A stretch of 64,000 nt of DNA from Candidatus Delongbacteria bacterium (GCA_963663545.1 OY760505.1:1568001-1632000); one strand, 5' to 3'. Shown: positions 1-8,862, counted from the stretch's first letter. The notes: generated by a model not told the origin, from the sequence alone. Numbers and translations are program-made.

Positions 1-833
1 GTAGCAGGCTCCAGACGAGGAACCGAGATAGTGTGTGGTCCGACACCAAAACGCCCCTCGAGGTGACGAATGTGCTGCATCAGGGCTAAGGTTTCCCAGC
101 GCCAATCGAAGAGCCCAAAGAGCACACCAACACCTACATCATCGATGCCTGCTTCCATGGCACGATCCATCGCCGTGATACGAAAGTCGTAGTCCTTTTT
201 GGGTCCACGCGTATGCATGCGCGCATATGTGTCACGGTGATACGTTTCCTGGAAGATTTGATACGTACCGATATTTGCGCCCTTCAGCGCTTTGAACTCT
301 TCCAGATTGAGCGGTGCCACGTTGACATTGATACGGCGAATGCTGCCATGCTCGGTCTTGGTCTCGTAAACCGTGCGCACGCTATCCAGCACGTACTGAA
401 AGCCCTGCTTGGGATAGCTCTCGCCCGCCACCAGCAGAACGCGCTTGTGTCCTTGCGCCAGCAGCAATTCCGTCTCATGCGTCAGCTCGGGTTGGGTCAG
501 GGCGCGACGCTTAATCTTGCGATTTGTGATACGAAATGCGCAATAGGCACAGTCGTTCGCACACAGGTTTGAAATGTAGAGCGGCGCAAAGAGTACCAGT
601 CGCCGTCCGTAGATCATGTCCTTCACGTCCCGCGCAGTATCAAACAACTCATGCAGCAAGTCGGGATCGCTGATTCCCATCAGCACTGCCATTTCAGCGT
701 CGTCCAGGCCTTTGCCTTCGCGCGCGTGTGACAAAATTTCTCTTACCTGCGTGGCGTCCTGCTTTGCGGCCCGCGCCAATGTATCACTGATTCTTGCCTC
801 ATCAATCGGCACTGTGTTTGGGGATGTTGCCAT
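1..833 (-). CDS. hydG: [FeFe]-hydrogenase H-cluster radical SAM maturase HydG (5' part; runs off window edge)
   Basis: Not in the ORF track; translated by hand from ATG at 833, with a GGAAGGA RBS upstream: MATSPNTVPIDEARI...IYGRRLVLFAPLYISNLCANDCAYCAFR (CxxxCxxC; HydG/ThiH signature). Lies near the hydrogenase genes. Confidence 0.88.
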   Translation of the reverse strand, partial: MATSPNTVPIDEARISDTLARAAKQDATQVREILSHAREGKGLDDAEMAVLMGISDPDLLHELFDTARDVKDMIYGRRLVLFAPLYISNLCANDCAYCAFRITNRKIKRRALTQPELTHETELLLAQGHKRVLLVAGESYPKQGFQYVLDSVRTVYETKTEHGSIRRINVNVAPLNLEEFKALKGANIGTYQIFQETYHRDTYARMHTRGPKKDYDFRITAMDRAMEAGIDDVGVGVLFGLFDWRWETLALMQHIRHLEGRFGVGPHTISVPRLEPA

Positions 834-1159
834 ATCAGCCTCCTTCCGCTGCCTCCCGGCAGCGCAACATGATAGGAATTCTAATTATGACCAATTTGGT
901 ACTGTATTACACAGCGAGCAAGCGAGAAATCTGTTTTCTGCAGTACCCAAGCGGGTTTATACAGTTCTCGTTGAAGAAGCATTTCGACTGCCGCTCTGTG
1001 ACTTTTCGCAGTCCTGGAGACTCAAAGAGGTCAGAAAGAACACTTTTACCTGAAACCCGTTCGGATTGTTCCGTCTATGGGTGCCGGTTTCGGGAGCGCC
1101 GAGCAGTCGCTGCCGAAGACAGATGTAGGTACCTCAGTAAACTCCTGGAGGAGGTTATC

Positions 1160-1522
1160 ATGAAAGGCAGTACGACATTCAGTGGTCTCAAGCTGGCGCT
1201 GGCTATCCTGACCCTGACAGCTTTTGCAGCCTATGCAGGGGCACGGGAAGTGCCGCGCGAAATGTTCATTGATGTGGGAGAGCTTCACTACATGGTCATT
1301 ACCAATGGTGATGCTCCCTTCCCGATGTCGGGCAAGGTTCCGGTAATTGATTTTCCAATGCCGAACTATGCTGAGCGGGAGGCGCCCTTTGCTCTACCGA
1401 TGGAGGACTACCCTCAACCTCCCTTCATCCAAGTAGACCCGCCATTTGCGACGCCAACCTGGGTCGGTCCCACGGACCCATTCCGCGAGATTCGTCCGCC
1501 ATTTCACACAATGGATCGCTAA
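1160..1522 (+). CDS. Small secreted proline-rich hypothetical protein (120 aa)
   Basis: GGAGGAGG RBS before ATG 1160; signal peptide MKGSTTFSGLKLALAILTLTAFAAYA; Pro/Phe-rich mature part. Confidence 0.7.
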   Translation: MKGSTTFSGLKLALAILTLTAFAAYAGAREVPREMFIDVGELHYMVITNGDAPFPMSGKVPVIDFPMPNYAEREAPFALPMEDYPQPPFIQVDPPFATPTWVGPTDPFREIRPPFHTMDR

Positions 1523-1846
1523 GTCTTCTCGCTGGAGACACAGCGTCTGCCTTGTAACCACATCTGTCAACCAAGCGGCCGCGCGTAAGCGTGGCCGTTT
1601 TATCTCCTAGGCACACGGACAATTCCGCCTCGCCTTGGTGGATAGCACTCACATGCCTCGACAAACGATTGTTTATCATAGTATTGCAACTGACTGTACG
1701 TAGATTCGCTGACGCGCTCAGCCTGCACAGGACCTTCTGCTCGGCAGCCAGCAAATCGATTTATCCCAATTATCCCCATATATTCCCAATTATTCTTAGT
1801 GCAAATATAAGTATGAATAAATTGGAATAATTGTCTATAATTATTC

Positions 1847-3037
1847 ATGAACATCATCACCAATCCATTTGCTCCCGGCGCTGGCTCACCACCACCCGAA
1901 CTTGCGGGTCGCTCTCCAATACTGGAGCAGGGCCGTGTTCTGTGCAGGAGAATCCTTGCCGGGCGCTCAGAAAAAAGCCTGCTGTTGACAGGATTGCGTG
2001 GTACGGGCAAAACCGTGCTTCTCAACATAATGCTGCAAGAGGCTGAAAATCTGAGTATTAGAACTGTCTTCGCCGAAGCGCATCTGGAGAAGCCGCTTTC
2101 CTTCCTGTTGGCGTCACAACTCCGCACCATTCTCTACGACTTAAACCGGCTGGCTGGCGCAGGAAATCTGGCTCGTCGCGGCCTGGCTGTACTAGGCAGC
2201 TTTGTCAATGGACTACGGCTGAGCATCGGTGAGGTCAATCTGGGTATTGATGTTCAACCCGAGGCGGGCACGGCAGATAGTGGGGACATCGAGACAGATC
2301 TCCCCCAACTGCTTCTTGGAGTCGCTCTGGCTGCACAAGAGCGAAAGACCGCCATCGCACTGCTCATCGACGAAATTCAATTCCTTAGTAAAAAAGAACT
2401 TAGCGCATTGATCATGTCCATGCACCTCATGCAGCAAAGACAGTTACCATTGATGCTGATTGGAGCTGGATTGCCTGTGCTACCGCAGCTTGCCGGTGAG
2501 GCAAAGACCTATGCTGAGCGCCTCTTCTCATTCCCCGAGGTCGGCCCACTCTCTCCAGCGGATAGTTCTCGCGCCCTGCAAGTTCCGGCAAATCAGCTTG
2601 ATGTGCACTTCACCGACGAGGCACTTGACGAAGTCTTCAAGGCTACACAAGGTTATCCCTATTTCCTGCAGGAGTGGGGCTACCAGGCATGGAACCTGAG
2701 CGAGTCCCCGAAGATCGGGGCGGACCTGATTAGGCGTGCAAGCGAGAAAGTCACGCGGCAACTGGATCAGGATTTCTTTCGCGTACGCTTCGACCGCATG
2801 TCCCCGCGCGAGAGAGCTTTCCTGCTCGCCATGGCCAGAATCGGCACGGAGCTCTGCCGGACCGGAGATGTGGCCGAGTTGCTGCAGATCCCCTCCACGG
2901 CGACGGGTCCGCTTCGGGGAAGCCTGATCAGAAAGGGCATGATCTTCAGCCCGGGGCACGGGCTTCTCTCTTTCTCTGTCCCGCTGTTTGGCGAGTTCAT
3001 GCTGCGAACTTCAAGCAGGGACATGCCACAGCCCTGA
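1847..3037 (+). CDS. AAA-type ATP-binding protein (AAA_16-like) with probable C-terminal winged helix
   Basis: NPFAPGAG-PP-LAGR N-terminus, Walker A GLRGTGKT, Walker B LLIDEIQ, T-GYPYFLQ motif, C-terminal LIRKGMI. Confidence 0.85.
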   Translation: MNIITNPFAPGAGSPPPELAGRSPILEQGRVLCRRILAGRSEKSLLLTGLRGTGKTVLLNIMLQEAENLSIRTVFAEAHLEKPLSFLLASQLRTILYDLNRLAGAGNLARRGLAVLGSFVNGLRLSIGEVNLGIDVQPEAGTADSGDIETDLPQLLLGVALAAQERKTAIALLIDEIQFLSKKELSALIMSMHLMQQRQLPLMLIGAGLPVLPQLAGEAKTYAERLFSFPEVGPLSPADSSRALQVPANQLDVHFTDEALDEVFKATQGYPYFLQEWGYQAWNLSESPKIGADLIRRASEKVTRQLDQDFFRVRFDRMSPRERAFLLAMARIGTELCRTGDVAELLQIPSTATGPLRGSLIRKGMIFSPGHGLLSFSVPLFGEFMLRTSSRDMPQP

Positions 3038-3066
3038 CACACAAGCTCAATCGGATCCACCCGGTA

Positions 3067-3095
3067 GCAAAACGGGGACCCCAAAGGGTCCCCGT
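3067..3095 (-). terminator. Rho-independent terminator downstream of hydA (possibly also serving the convergent ATPase gene)
   Basis: Perfect 10-bp stem ACGGGGACCC-CAAA-GGGTCCCCGT (3072-3095) followed by a T-run on the minus strand. Confidence 0.8.
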
Positions 3096-3120
3096 CGACT
3101 GGTCGGAGTTGGACCGGGCG

Positions 3121-5055
3121 CTATACCATGTAGCGGCCGCGGGCCAGATAGTGGGTGTGCAGCAAGTCGTGGGACTTGTGGCTGCAGGGGCCCTCGGGCA
3201 GGAAGTTGGTGTACAGCTCGAGGACAGCCGGGTTCTCGTGGCTCTTGCGTACCTCGTAGGCGGCGTCTTCCGCGTAGATCGCCTTGGCGCGGGCCTCGCG
3301 AATGGCCGGGGAGGTCGGGATAGGCTGACCGCCACCACCCAGGCAGCCGCCCGGGCAAGCCATGAACTCGATGAAATGGCACTCGCTGAACTTGCCACCG
3401 GCCTTGATATCGTCCAGCACCTTCTTGGCGTTGGCAGTACCATGGGCCACGGCCACCTTGACGGTGACGCCCTTCAGCCAGTTCCAGTCCTTGATACCCA
3501 GCGGAGCCAGGATCTCGGGCACGGGGCCGACATCCGGAATGGTCAGTTCCATGTAACGGACGCCGTCGAAGCCACGAACCGGAACGATGTCGGCGTGCTC
3601 GAAGAGATCTTCGACCTTGATGCCAACCACCAGCTCGATGACCGTACGCAGTGCGGATTCCATCACACCACCGGTGGCGCCGAAGATGACGCCGGAACCC
3701 GTCGCCGTTCCGAAGGGATCGTCGAAATCGGACTTGGGCACGTTGGGCAGATCGATGCCGGCTTCCTTGAACATCTGGGCCAGCTCGCGCACCGTCAGAC
3801 CGTAGTCCACATCCTTGTAACCACTGTCGCGCATCTCGGGACGGTTGCACTCGAACTTCTTCGCCGAGCAGGGCATCAGCGCCACGGTGACCAGGTCAGC
3901 CGGGTCGATGTTGAACTTCTGGGCGTAGTAGGTCTTGATAACCGCACCGAACATCTGCTGCGGGCTCTTGGCCGACGACAGGTTCGGAATGAACTCGGGA
4001 TAGAAATGCTCGCAGAACTTCACCCAGCCCGGGCTGCAGCTGGTGAACTGCGGCAGGGCAATTTCCGGCTCGCCGGTGACCAGCGCCTTGTAGAGGCGGA
4101 TCAGCAGCTCGGTGCCTTCCTCAAGAATGGTGAGGTCAGCGGTGAAGTTGGTGTCGAAGACCTTGTCGAAACCGCACATGCGAGCGGCGGTGTTCATCTG
4201 GAAGGTCATCGGGGTACCCGGAACGCAGCCGAATTCCTCGCCGATGGCGGCACGCGGTGCCGGCGCGGTCTGGATGACGACGTGCTTCTTAGGATCGTCG
4301 ATGGCGGACCACACCTCGTCGGTCGGGTCATTGGCACGCAGCGCGCCGGTCGGGCAACGATTGATGCACTGTCCGCAGTTGATGCAGACCACATCGGCCA
4401 GCGGCTTGTCCATAAAGGTGCCGATGGTAGTATCGCTGCCACGGCCCACAGCCTCCAGCACACCCACTTCCTGCAGGTCGATGCAGGTGCGGACGCAGCG
4501 GCGGCAGTTGACGCACTTGTCCATGTCACGAATGACGGAGAAGCTGCTGCGGTCAACCTGGAACTCGCGCTTCTCCTTCTTGCCGAAACGGAAGAAGTCG
4601 ACGCCCATTTCCTTGGCCAGGCTCTGCAGTTCGCAATTGTTGTTGCGGAAGCAGGTATAGCACTCGCCATAGTGACGGGAAAGCAGCAGGTCCACGATGT
4701 GACGACGGGCGCGACGCACCTTGGGAGTGTGAGTCGAAATCTTCAGCGGGGAGGTGATGGGATAGGCGCAGGAAGCCTGCAGCGTCCTCATACCCTCGAT
4801 CTCGACCACGCACACACGGCACAGTCCGGCGGAGCACAGATCTTCGTGCTCGCACAGGGTGGGAATGTGAATATTCAGCTTACGGGCGGCCTGAAGGATC
4901 GTGGTTCCCATCGGGACCTTGATCTCCTGGCCGTCGATCTCTACCCGCACCAGCGCGCCGACGCTCTTCTCATCGGCCTCGACCGTAATCGTCTGGGCCT
5001 TCTGGCTCACCGGCGCACGGCTGGTATCGGGATTCATTCGATTCGACGTTGTCAT
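3121..5055 (-). CDS. hydA: Group A [FeFe]-hydrogenase catalytic subunit
   Basis: N-terminal 2Fe-2S, His-ligated 4Fe-4S and 2x4Fe-4S Cys motifs; H-cluster motifs TSCSPGW, MPCSAKKFE, EFMACPGGCLGGGGQP; small-subunit tail RKSHENP...LLHTHY. Confidence 0.96.
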   Translation of the reverse strand: MTTSNRMNPDTSRAPVSQKAQTITVEADEKSVGALVRVEIDGQEIKVPMGTTILQAARKLNIHIPTLCEHEDLCSAGLCRVCVVEIEGMRTLQASCAYPITSPLKISTHTPKVRRARRHIVDLLLSRHYGECYTCFRNNNCELQSLAKEMGVDFFRFGKKEKREFQVDRSSFSVIRDMDKCVNCRRCVRTCIDLQEVGVLEAVGRGSDTTIGTFMDKPLADVVCINCGQCINRCPTGALRANDPTDEVWSAIDDPKKHVVIQTAPAPRAAIGEEFGCVPGTPMTFQMNTAARMCGFDKVFDTNFTADLTILEEGTELLIRLYKALVTGEPEIALPQFTSCSPGWVKFCEHFYPEFIPNLSSAKSPQQMFGAVIKTYYAQKFNIDPADLVTVALMPCSAKKFECNRPEMRDSGYKDVDYGLTVRELAQMFKEAGIDLPNVPKSDFDDPFGTATGSGVIFGATGGVMESALRTVIELVVGIKVEDLFEHADIVPVRGFDGVRYMELTIPDVGPVPEILAPLGIKDWNWLKGVTVKVAVAHGTANAKKVLDDIKAGGKFSECHFIEFMACPGGCLGGGGQPIPTSPAIREARAKAIYAEDAAYEVRKSHENPAVLELYTNFLPEGPCSHKSHDLLHTHYLARGRYMV

Positions 5056-5093
5056 TTCTCCTCCAGAGAAATCTCAGCGTTCAAGACGCGGCA

Positions 5094-6275
5094 TTACGCC
5101 TGCGCCCGCCCCAGCACCTCATCCTTGAAATGGGTGACGATGTTGATGAAGGCATTGGGGCTACTCTGACCCAGACCGCACTTGGAGGCCACCTGCATGG
5201 TCTCGCCCAGTGCAATCAGCTCGTTGAGGTAAGACAGGGAGCAAGTTCCCTTCTCGAGCATTTTCAGACCCTCGAGCAGACGCTTGTTACCCTCGCGGCA
5301 GGGCGTGCACTGGCCGCAGCTTTCCTCGTCGAAGAATTCCATGAAGTTGATGGCAACGCGGAGCATGTCGCGACCCTGGCCGAAGATCATCACGCTGCCG
5401 CCGGTGGCGACATCGTTGTAGCTGATCGTGCGGCCAAACTGGTCGGCCGGAACCGTGGTACCGCTGGCACCACCGATCTGCACGGCCTTGGCACCCATTC
5501 CGCCCACCAACTCGAGCATCTCGTTTACGGTGATGCCCATCGGGACTTCGTAGACTCCCGGCCTGGTGCAGTCGCCGGAAATGGACAGCAGCTTGGTCCC
5601 GGTGGAACCCTCGGGTCCGATCTTTCCGAACTGCTCGGGGCCCAGCACCATAATGCGGGCGGCCAAGGCAAACGTCTCAACGTTGTTCACCGAAGTGGGA
5701 TGCCCCATGAAGCCGGTGTTGACCGGGAAGGGCGGGCGATTGCGCGGCTCACCGCGATGTCCCTCGAGGGACTCGATGAGGGCAGTCTCTTCACCACAGA
5801 TATAGGCGCCAGCGCCCATGTGAATGTGGATATCGAATTCAAAGCCGTCGCGTCCGCACACGTTCTTGCCCAGCAGGCCCTGCTCGCGACGCTGATTGAG
5901 CACGCATTCCAGGTGCTTGCGCAGATACATGTACTCGCCGCGCAGGTAGAGGATACCCGTCTTGGCGCCGATGGCCAGACCGCAAATGGTCATGCCCTCG
6001 AAAACCAGATCGGCGTGATCGGACAGCAGGACGCGATCTTTAAAGGTGCCGGGCTCGCCTTCATCAGCGTTGCACACGACATACTTTTCGCTGTCCTGGG
6101 CCAGAGCGGCGAAGTTCCACTTCATACCGGTCGGGAAACCGGCACCGCCACGGCCACGCAGACCGGACTCACGCACCTGACTGATGATGTCCATGCGCTT
6201 CATCTCGATGGCCTTCTTCAGGCCCTCGTCGGCAACGCGCTCTGTGAAGAGGAGGGAATTCTTTTCGATGCTCAT
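5094..6275 (-). CDS. hydB: NADH/FMN-binding hydrogenase subunit (NuoF/HydB-like, short form)
   Basis: SGLRGRGGAGFPTG, NADEGEPGTFKDR, GAGAYICGEETALIESLEG, single ESCGQCTPCREG...CGLG cluster. Confidence 0.92.
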   Translation of the reverse strand: MSIEKNSLLFTERVADEGLKKAIEMKRMDIISQVRESGLRGRGGAGFPTGMKWNFAALAQDSEKYVVCNADEGEPGTFKDRVLLSDHADLVFEGMTICGLAIGAKTGILYLRGEYMYLRKHLECVLNQRREQGLLGKNVCGRDGFEFDIHIHMGAGAYICGEETALIESLEGHRGEPRNRPPFPVNTGFMGHPTSVNNVETFALAARIMVLGPEQFGKIGPEGSTGTKLLSISGDCTRPGVYEVPMGITVNEMLELVGGMGAKAVQIGGASGTTVPADQFGRTISYNDVATGGSVMIFGQGRDMLRVAINFMEFFDEESCGQCTPCREGNKRLLEGLKMLEKGTCSLSYLNELIALGETMQVASKCGLGQSSPNAFINIVTHFKDEVLGRAQA

Positions 6276-6850
6276 CAGGCATTTCCTCCAGCTTTGCAGC
6301 CGCAGCCACCGATCTTCATCGCGCCGGGCAGCTCGATGGTCTTGGCATCACCCAAGGTGGGGTACAGGGCCCACACGCGACGGCAGGCTTCCACGATGTC
6401 GTGGACCTTCTGCGCCGTGACCTTGGTGAAAACCTGATCGTTGACCATCAAAGCCGGACCCTGGTCGCACCAACCCATGCAGTTGGTGTACTCCAGCGAG
6501 AAGTGTCCGTCTTCGGTGGTCTCACCGAACTTGATTCCCAGCTCGTTCTCGAGCTGCCGAGCAATACGGTCCTTTCCGGCCATATCGCAGGAGATCGTAC
6601 GGCAGAGGCGGAAAATGAAATGCCCCTTCTTCTCCGCATTCAAGAATGCGTAGAAGCTGATCACGCTGTACACTTCGACAGGGTGAATATCCAGCAAACG
6701 TGCGATTTCCTGCATGGCGAAATCAGAGATCCAACCCTCCCGATCCTGCAGATCCTGCAGAATGGGGATAAGGGCTGAGCGATCCCGCCCGTGCTGCTCG
6801 GCCAGCGCGGCGATCTCCGCGCACAGTTTTTCTTTCTCCGATACCAGCAT
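6275..6850 (-). CDS. hydC: 2Fe-2S hydrogenase subunit (NuoE/HydC-like)
   Basis: LIPILQDLQ, CRTISC and CMGWCDQGP 2Fe-2S ligands; TGATG overlap with hydB. Confidence 0.92.
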   Translation of the reverse strand: MLVSEKEKLCAEIAALAEQHGRDRSALIPILQDLQDREGWISDFAMQEIARLLDIHPVEVYSVISFYAFLNAEKKGHFIFRLCRTISCDMAGKDRIARQLENELGIKFGETTEDGHFSLEYTNCMGWCDQGPALMVNDQVFTKVTAQKVHDIVEACRRVWALYPTLGDAKTIELPGAMKIGGCGCKAGGNA

Positions 6851-6916
6851 GCTAGTCTCCCTTTACAGCAACCGGCCCCGGGCGTGGTGGGCCCGCGGGA
6901 CGGAAACTCGCAGATA

Positions 6917-6934
6917 CGGTTAAAAAATTAACAG
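6917..6934. promoter_or_regulatory. Candidate Rex (NADH/NAD+ sensor) operator upstream of hydC
   Basis: CGGTTAAAAAATTAACAG: palindromic core GTTAA-N4-TTAAC matching TTGTTAA-N4-TTAACAA, about 70 bp upstream of the hydC start. Confidence 0.5.
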
Positions 6935-7132
6935 TAAATGCTCGAAAAACAACCAACTTGCCGAGAAAATTGCTCCCGCAACACACAGCTCTAGCTATGG
7001 CTATCCCTAAGAGAATCAAGAGCTCAGCGTAGGTGGTAGTATGAAGCGCGTAAAAGAACACTGAGATTTTTAGGCATTCATAAAAACGAGGCGGCATGTT
7101 TTACCGACCAAACTTACTTGTGAGGTCAGAAT

Positions 7133-8860
7133 TTACTGCTGGGCTTCGCCCTGTTCGGCCGACGTGATCCAGTGCAGCGCCAGCTCGTTCAGATCGTTCT
7201 GCAAAATGGTGCCTGCCCCATCATGCATGTCGTGTCCCAGGGCCACCAAGCGCATTGCATCCTGCCGCTGGGAGTCTACATCCTGTTGCGGAGGTGCGGG
7301 TAGGTTTTCAACAAGTGAACGTGTAATACTCAGCTGCCCTGTCATGCGCAAAGGTGCGTAGTGCGTGTCACACCAATCGTTGACGGGCGTTGAGTTCAAC
7401 CAGGCGCACAGCGCAAACGCCTGCTCCCAATCGCTGCAAAAGATCTGCATCACGTTGACAACACCTAGCCAGAGTCCATCCAGTGGCAAGCAGGCTTCCA
7501 GTCTTGTGCTAAGGTTGGCCAGAAGTACTCGAGGTAGCTGTATCTGCTGCAAACGCGAGTCCTTCATGCTCTCCGACAACACGACCGGATGCAGAAGACG
7601 CTGTCCACGGAAACGTGTCACGCGTTCGCCCCAAAGAATCCGGAAGGGATCAATGCTTCCTGAACTGAGTAGGCGCGGACGAGTGTCGTCTTCGCCCTCT
7701 TCTTCCACCTGCAAGGAATAGAATTCGTCTGTCGACAACGAGGCTTGCACACGGTATGTATCACCGATTCGCCTCAACTCTTTGTGCGCAACTGCCCTCT
7801 GTCCCGGTGCGCGCAAGGCCCATCCCCACCCTGAAGTAGCGGAATCCGACAACTGTTCGTGTGACACATGATGCGAAGCACCGAACTGCAACTCGCCCTC
7901 TGTCGTCTTGTTGCATGTTCTTACCGAGACCAACTCGGACCTTCGTGCGACAGCTTTTCTCTTGCGTTGTGCAAGCAGCACCAACGCTTCCACATCGGCC
8001 CGTTCAAACCAGTCGCAGCGTGGTGCGTGCTCCAGGAATAGCAGCGAATACTCCTCGCCCGTCAGCAGGCGACGCAACTCCCGGCCATAGGGAGCAGCCA
8101 GCCACTTGTCCGGTACAACGGCCGCCAACTTCCCACCCGGCGCCAACCACTGCAGCCCGCGCTCCAGGAAGGGCACGAAAAGATCAAAGGCTCCGCGTGC
8201 CGTGCTAAAGTTCTCTTGCAGACGCCGCCGCTGTACCTGCCAGCAGCGATCTGCGGTCTCAATTGCATTTCGATATGGCGGATTCATGATGATCCGCTCG
8301 TAGCCTGACGCCGCTCCTGGAGGTGACAAACATTGAGCATCAAGTGTATCACCGTGACACAATTCCGCATTAGGGATAAGATCCCGCACCAGCGCCACGG
8401 CGCCAGCATCCATATCCATGCCACACACTTGTGCTTGTGGAAACTTGCGTCTCACGCCAAGCAGGAAGGCTCCCGATCCGCACGCTGGATCACACCACCG
8501 CATCCCTGGTTCGCCATCCAGAAGTTGCACCATGTGATCCACCAGCGTTCGCGGTGTATACACCATGCCATCAGTAGCAGTATCAGCGGGCAAAAGAGCC
8601 GATCTCAAGAGCAGATACAGCTCACCGATGTCAGCGGCAGAGAAGACGCCACGCCTCCACGGAAACTGTTTCAGATTGTCCGGTAGCGGTATGCTTGTAA
8701 CACAAAACTGTTGCCGTAGAGAAGGCAACTCCCGTCCGCATGCGTGACACAAAGCTTCTACTAGCAGACATGCTGCCACCTCTGATTCCAATTGCAGAGT
8801 ATTCAGCCAGTCGCGTGCATCACGCAATAGGCGGCTTAGTGTTGTATCACGTGTGTTCAT
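7133..8860 (-). CDS. Orphan N6-adenine DNA methyltransferase, gamma class (TaqI/Eco57I-like)
   Basis: YTP motif X, DPACGSGAFL motif I, NPPY motif IV, C-terminal TaqI_C-like target-recognition region (LCAWLNS...LPAP); no adjacent endonuclease. Confidence 0.88.
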   Translation of the reverse strand: MNTRDTTLSRLLRDARDWLNTLQLESEVAACLLVEALCHACGRELPSLRQQFCVTSIPLPDNLKQFPWRRGVFSAADIGELYLLLRSALLPADTATDGMVYTPRTLVDHMVQLLDGEPGMRWCDPACGSGAFLLGVRRKFPQAQVCGMDMDAGAVALVRDLIPNAELCHGDTLDAQCLSPPGAASGYERIIMNPPYRNAIETADRCWQVQRRRLQENFSTARGAFDLFVPFLERGLQWLAPGGKLAAVVPDKWLAAPYGRELRRLLTGEEYSLLFLEHAPRCDWFERADVEALVLLAQRKRKAVARRSELVSVRTCNKTTEGELQFGASHHVSHEQLSDSATSGWGWALRAPGQRAVAHKELRRIGDTYRVQASLSTDEFYSLQVEEEGEDDTRPRLLSSGSIDPFRILWGERVTRFRGQRLLHPVVLSESMKDSRLQQIQLPRVLLANLSTRLEACLPLDGLWLGVVNVMQIFCSDWEQAFALCAWLNSTPVNDWCDTHYAPLRMTGQLSITRSLVENLPAPPQQDVDSQRQDAMRLVALGHDMHDGAGTILQNDLNELALHWITSAEQGEAQQ

Positions 8861-8862
8861 GG

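Noticed and set aside
1010..1140. Glycine or c-di-GMP-I riboswitch (GGAGA, GCCGAAG, CTCAG words)
   Set aside because: Conserved words are not in the right order or spacing, and the required stems could not be built
794..1159. N-terminal half of the 242 aa ORF 794-1522
   Set aside because: Overlaps the hydG start; RBS and signal peptide support ATG 1160. Similar over-extended starts were trimmed for nadC, the receiver, dapF, lapA and others.
4020..4045. HydA L1 motif TSCSPGW rather than TSCCPxW as a sign of inactivation
   Set aside because: This variant is familiar in group A multimeric hydrogenases, and the other H-cluster motifs are intact
3109..6437. Long plus-strand ORFs 3109-5169 (686 aa) and 5049-6437 (462 aa)
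   Set aside because: Antisense shadows of hydA/hydB caused by strong codon bias; no recognisable motifs
7133..8860. Complete restriction-modification system or defence island
   Set aside because: No endonuclease, specificity subunit or other defence gene adjacent
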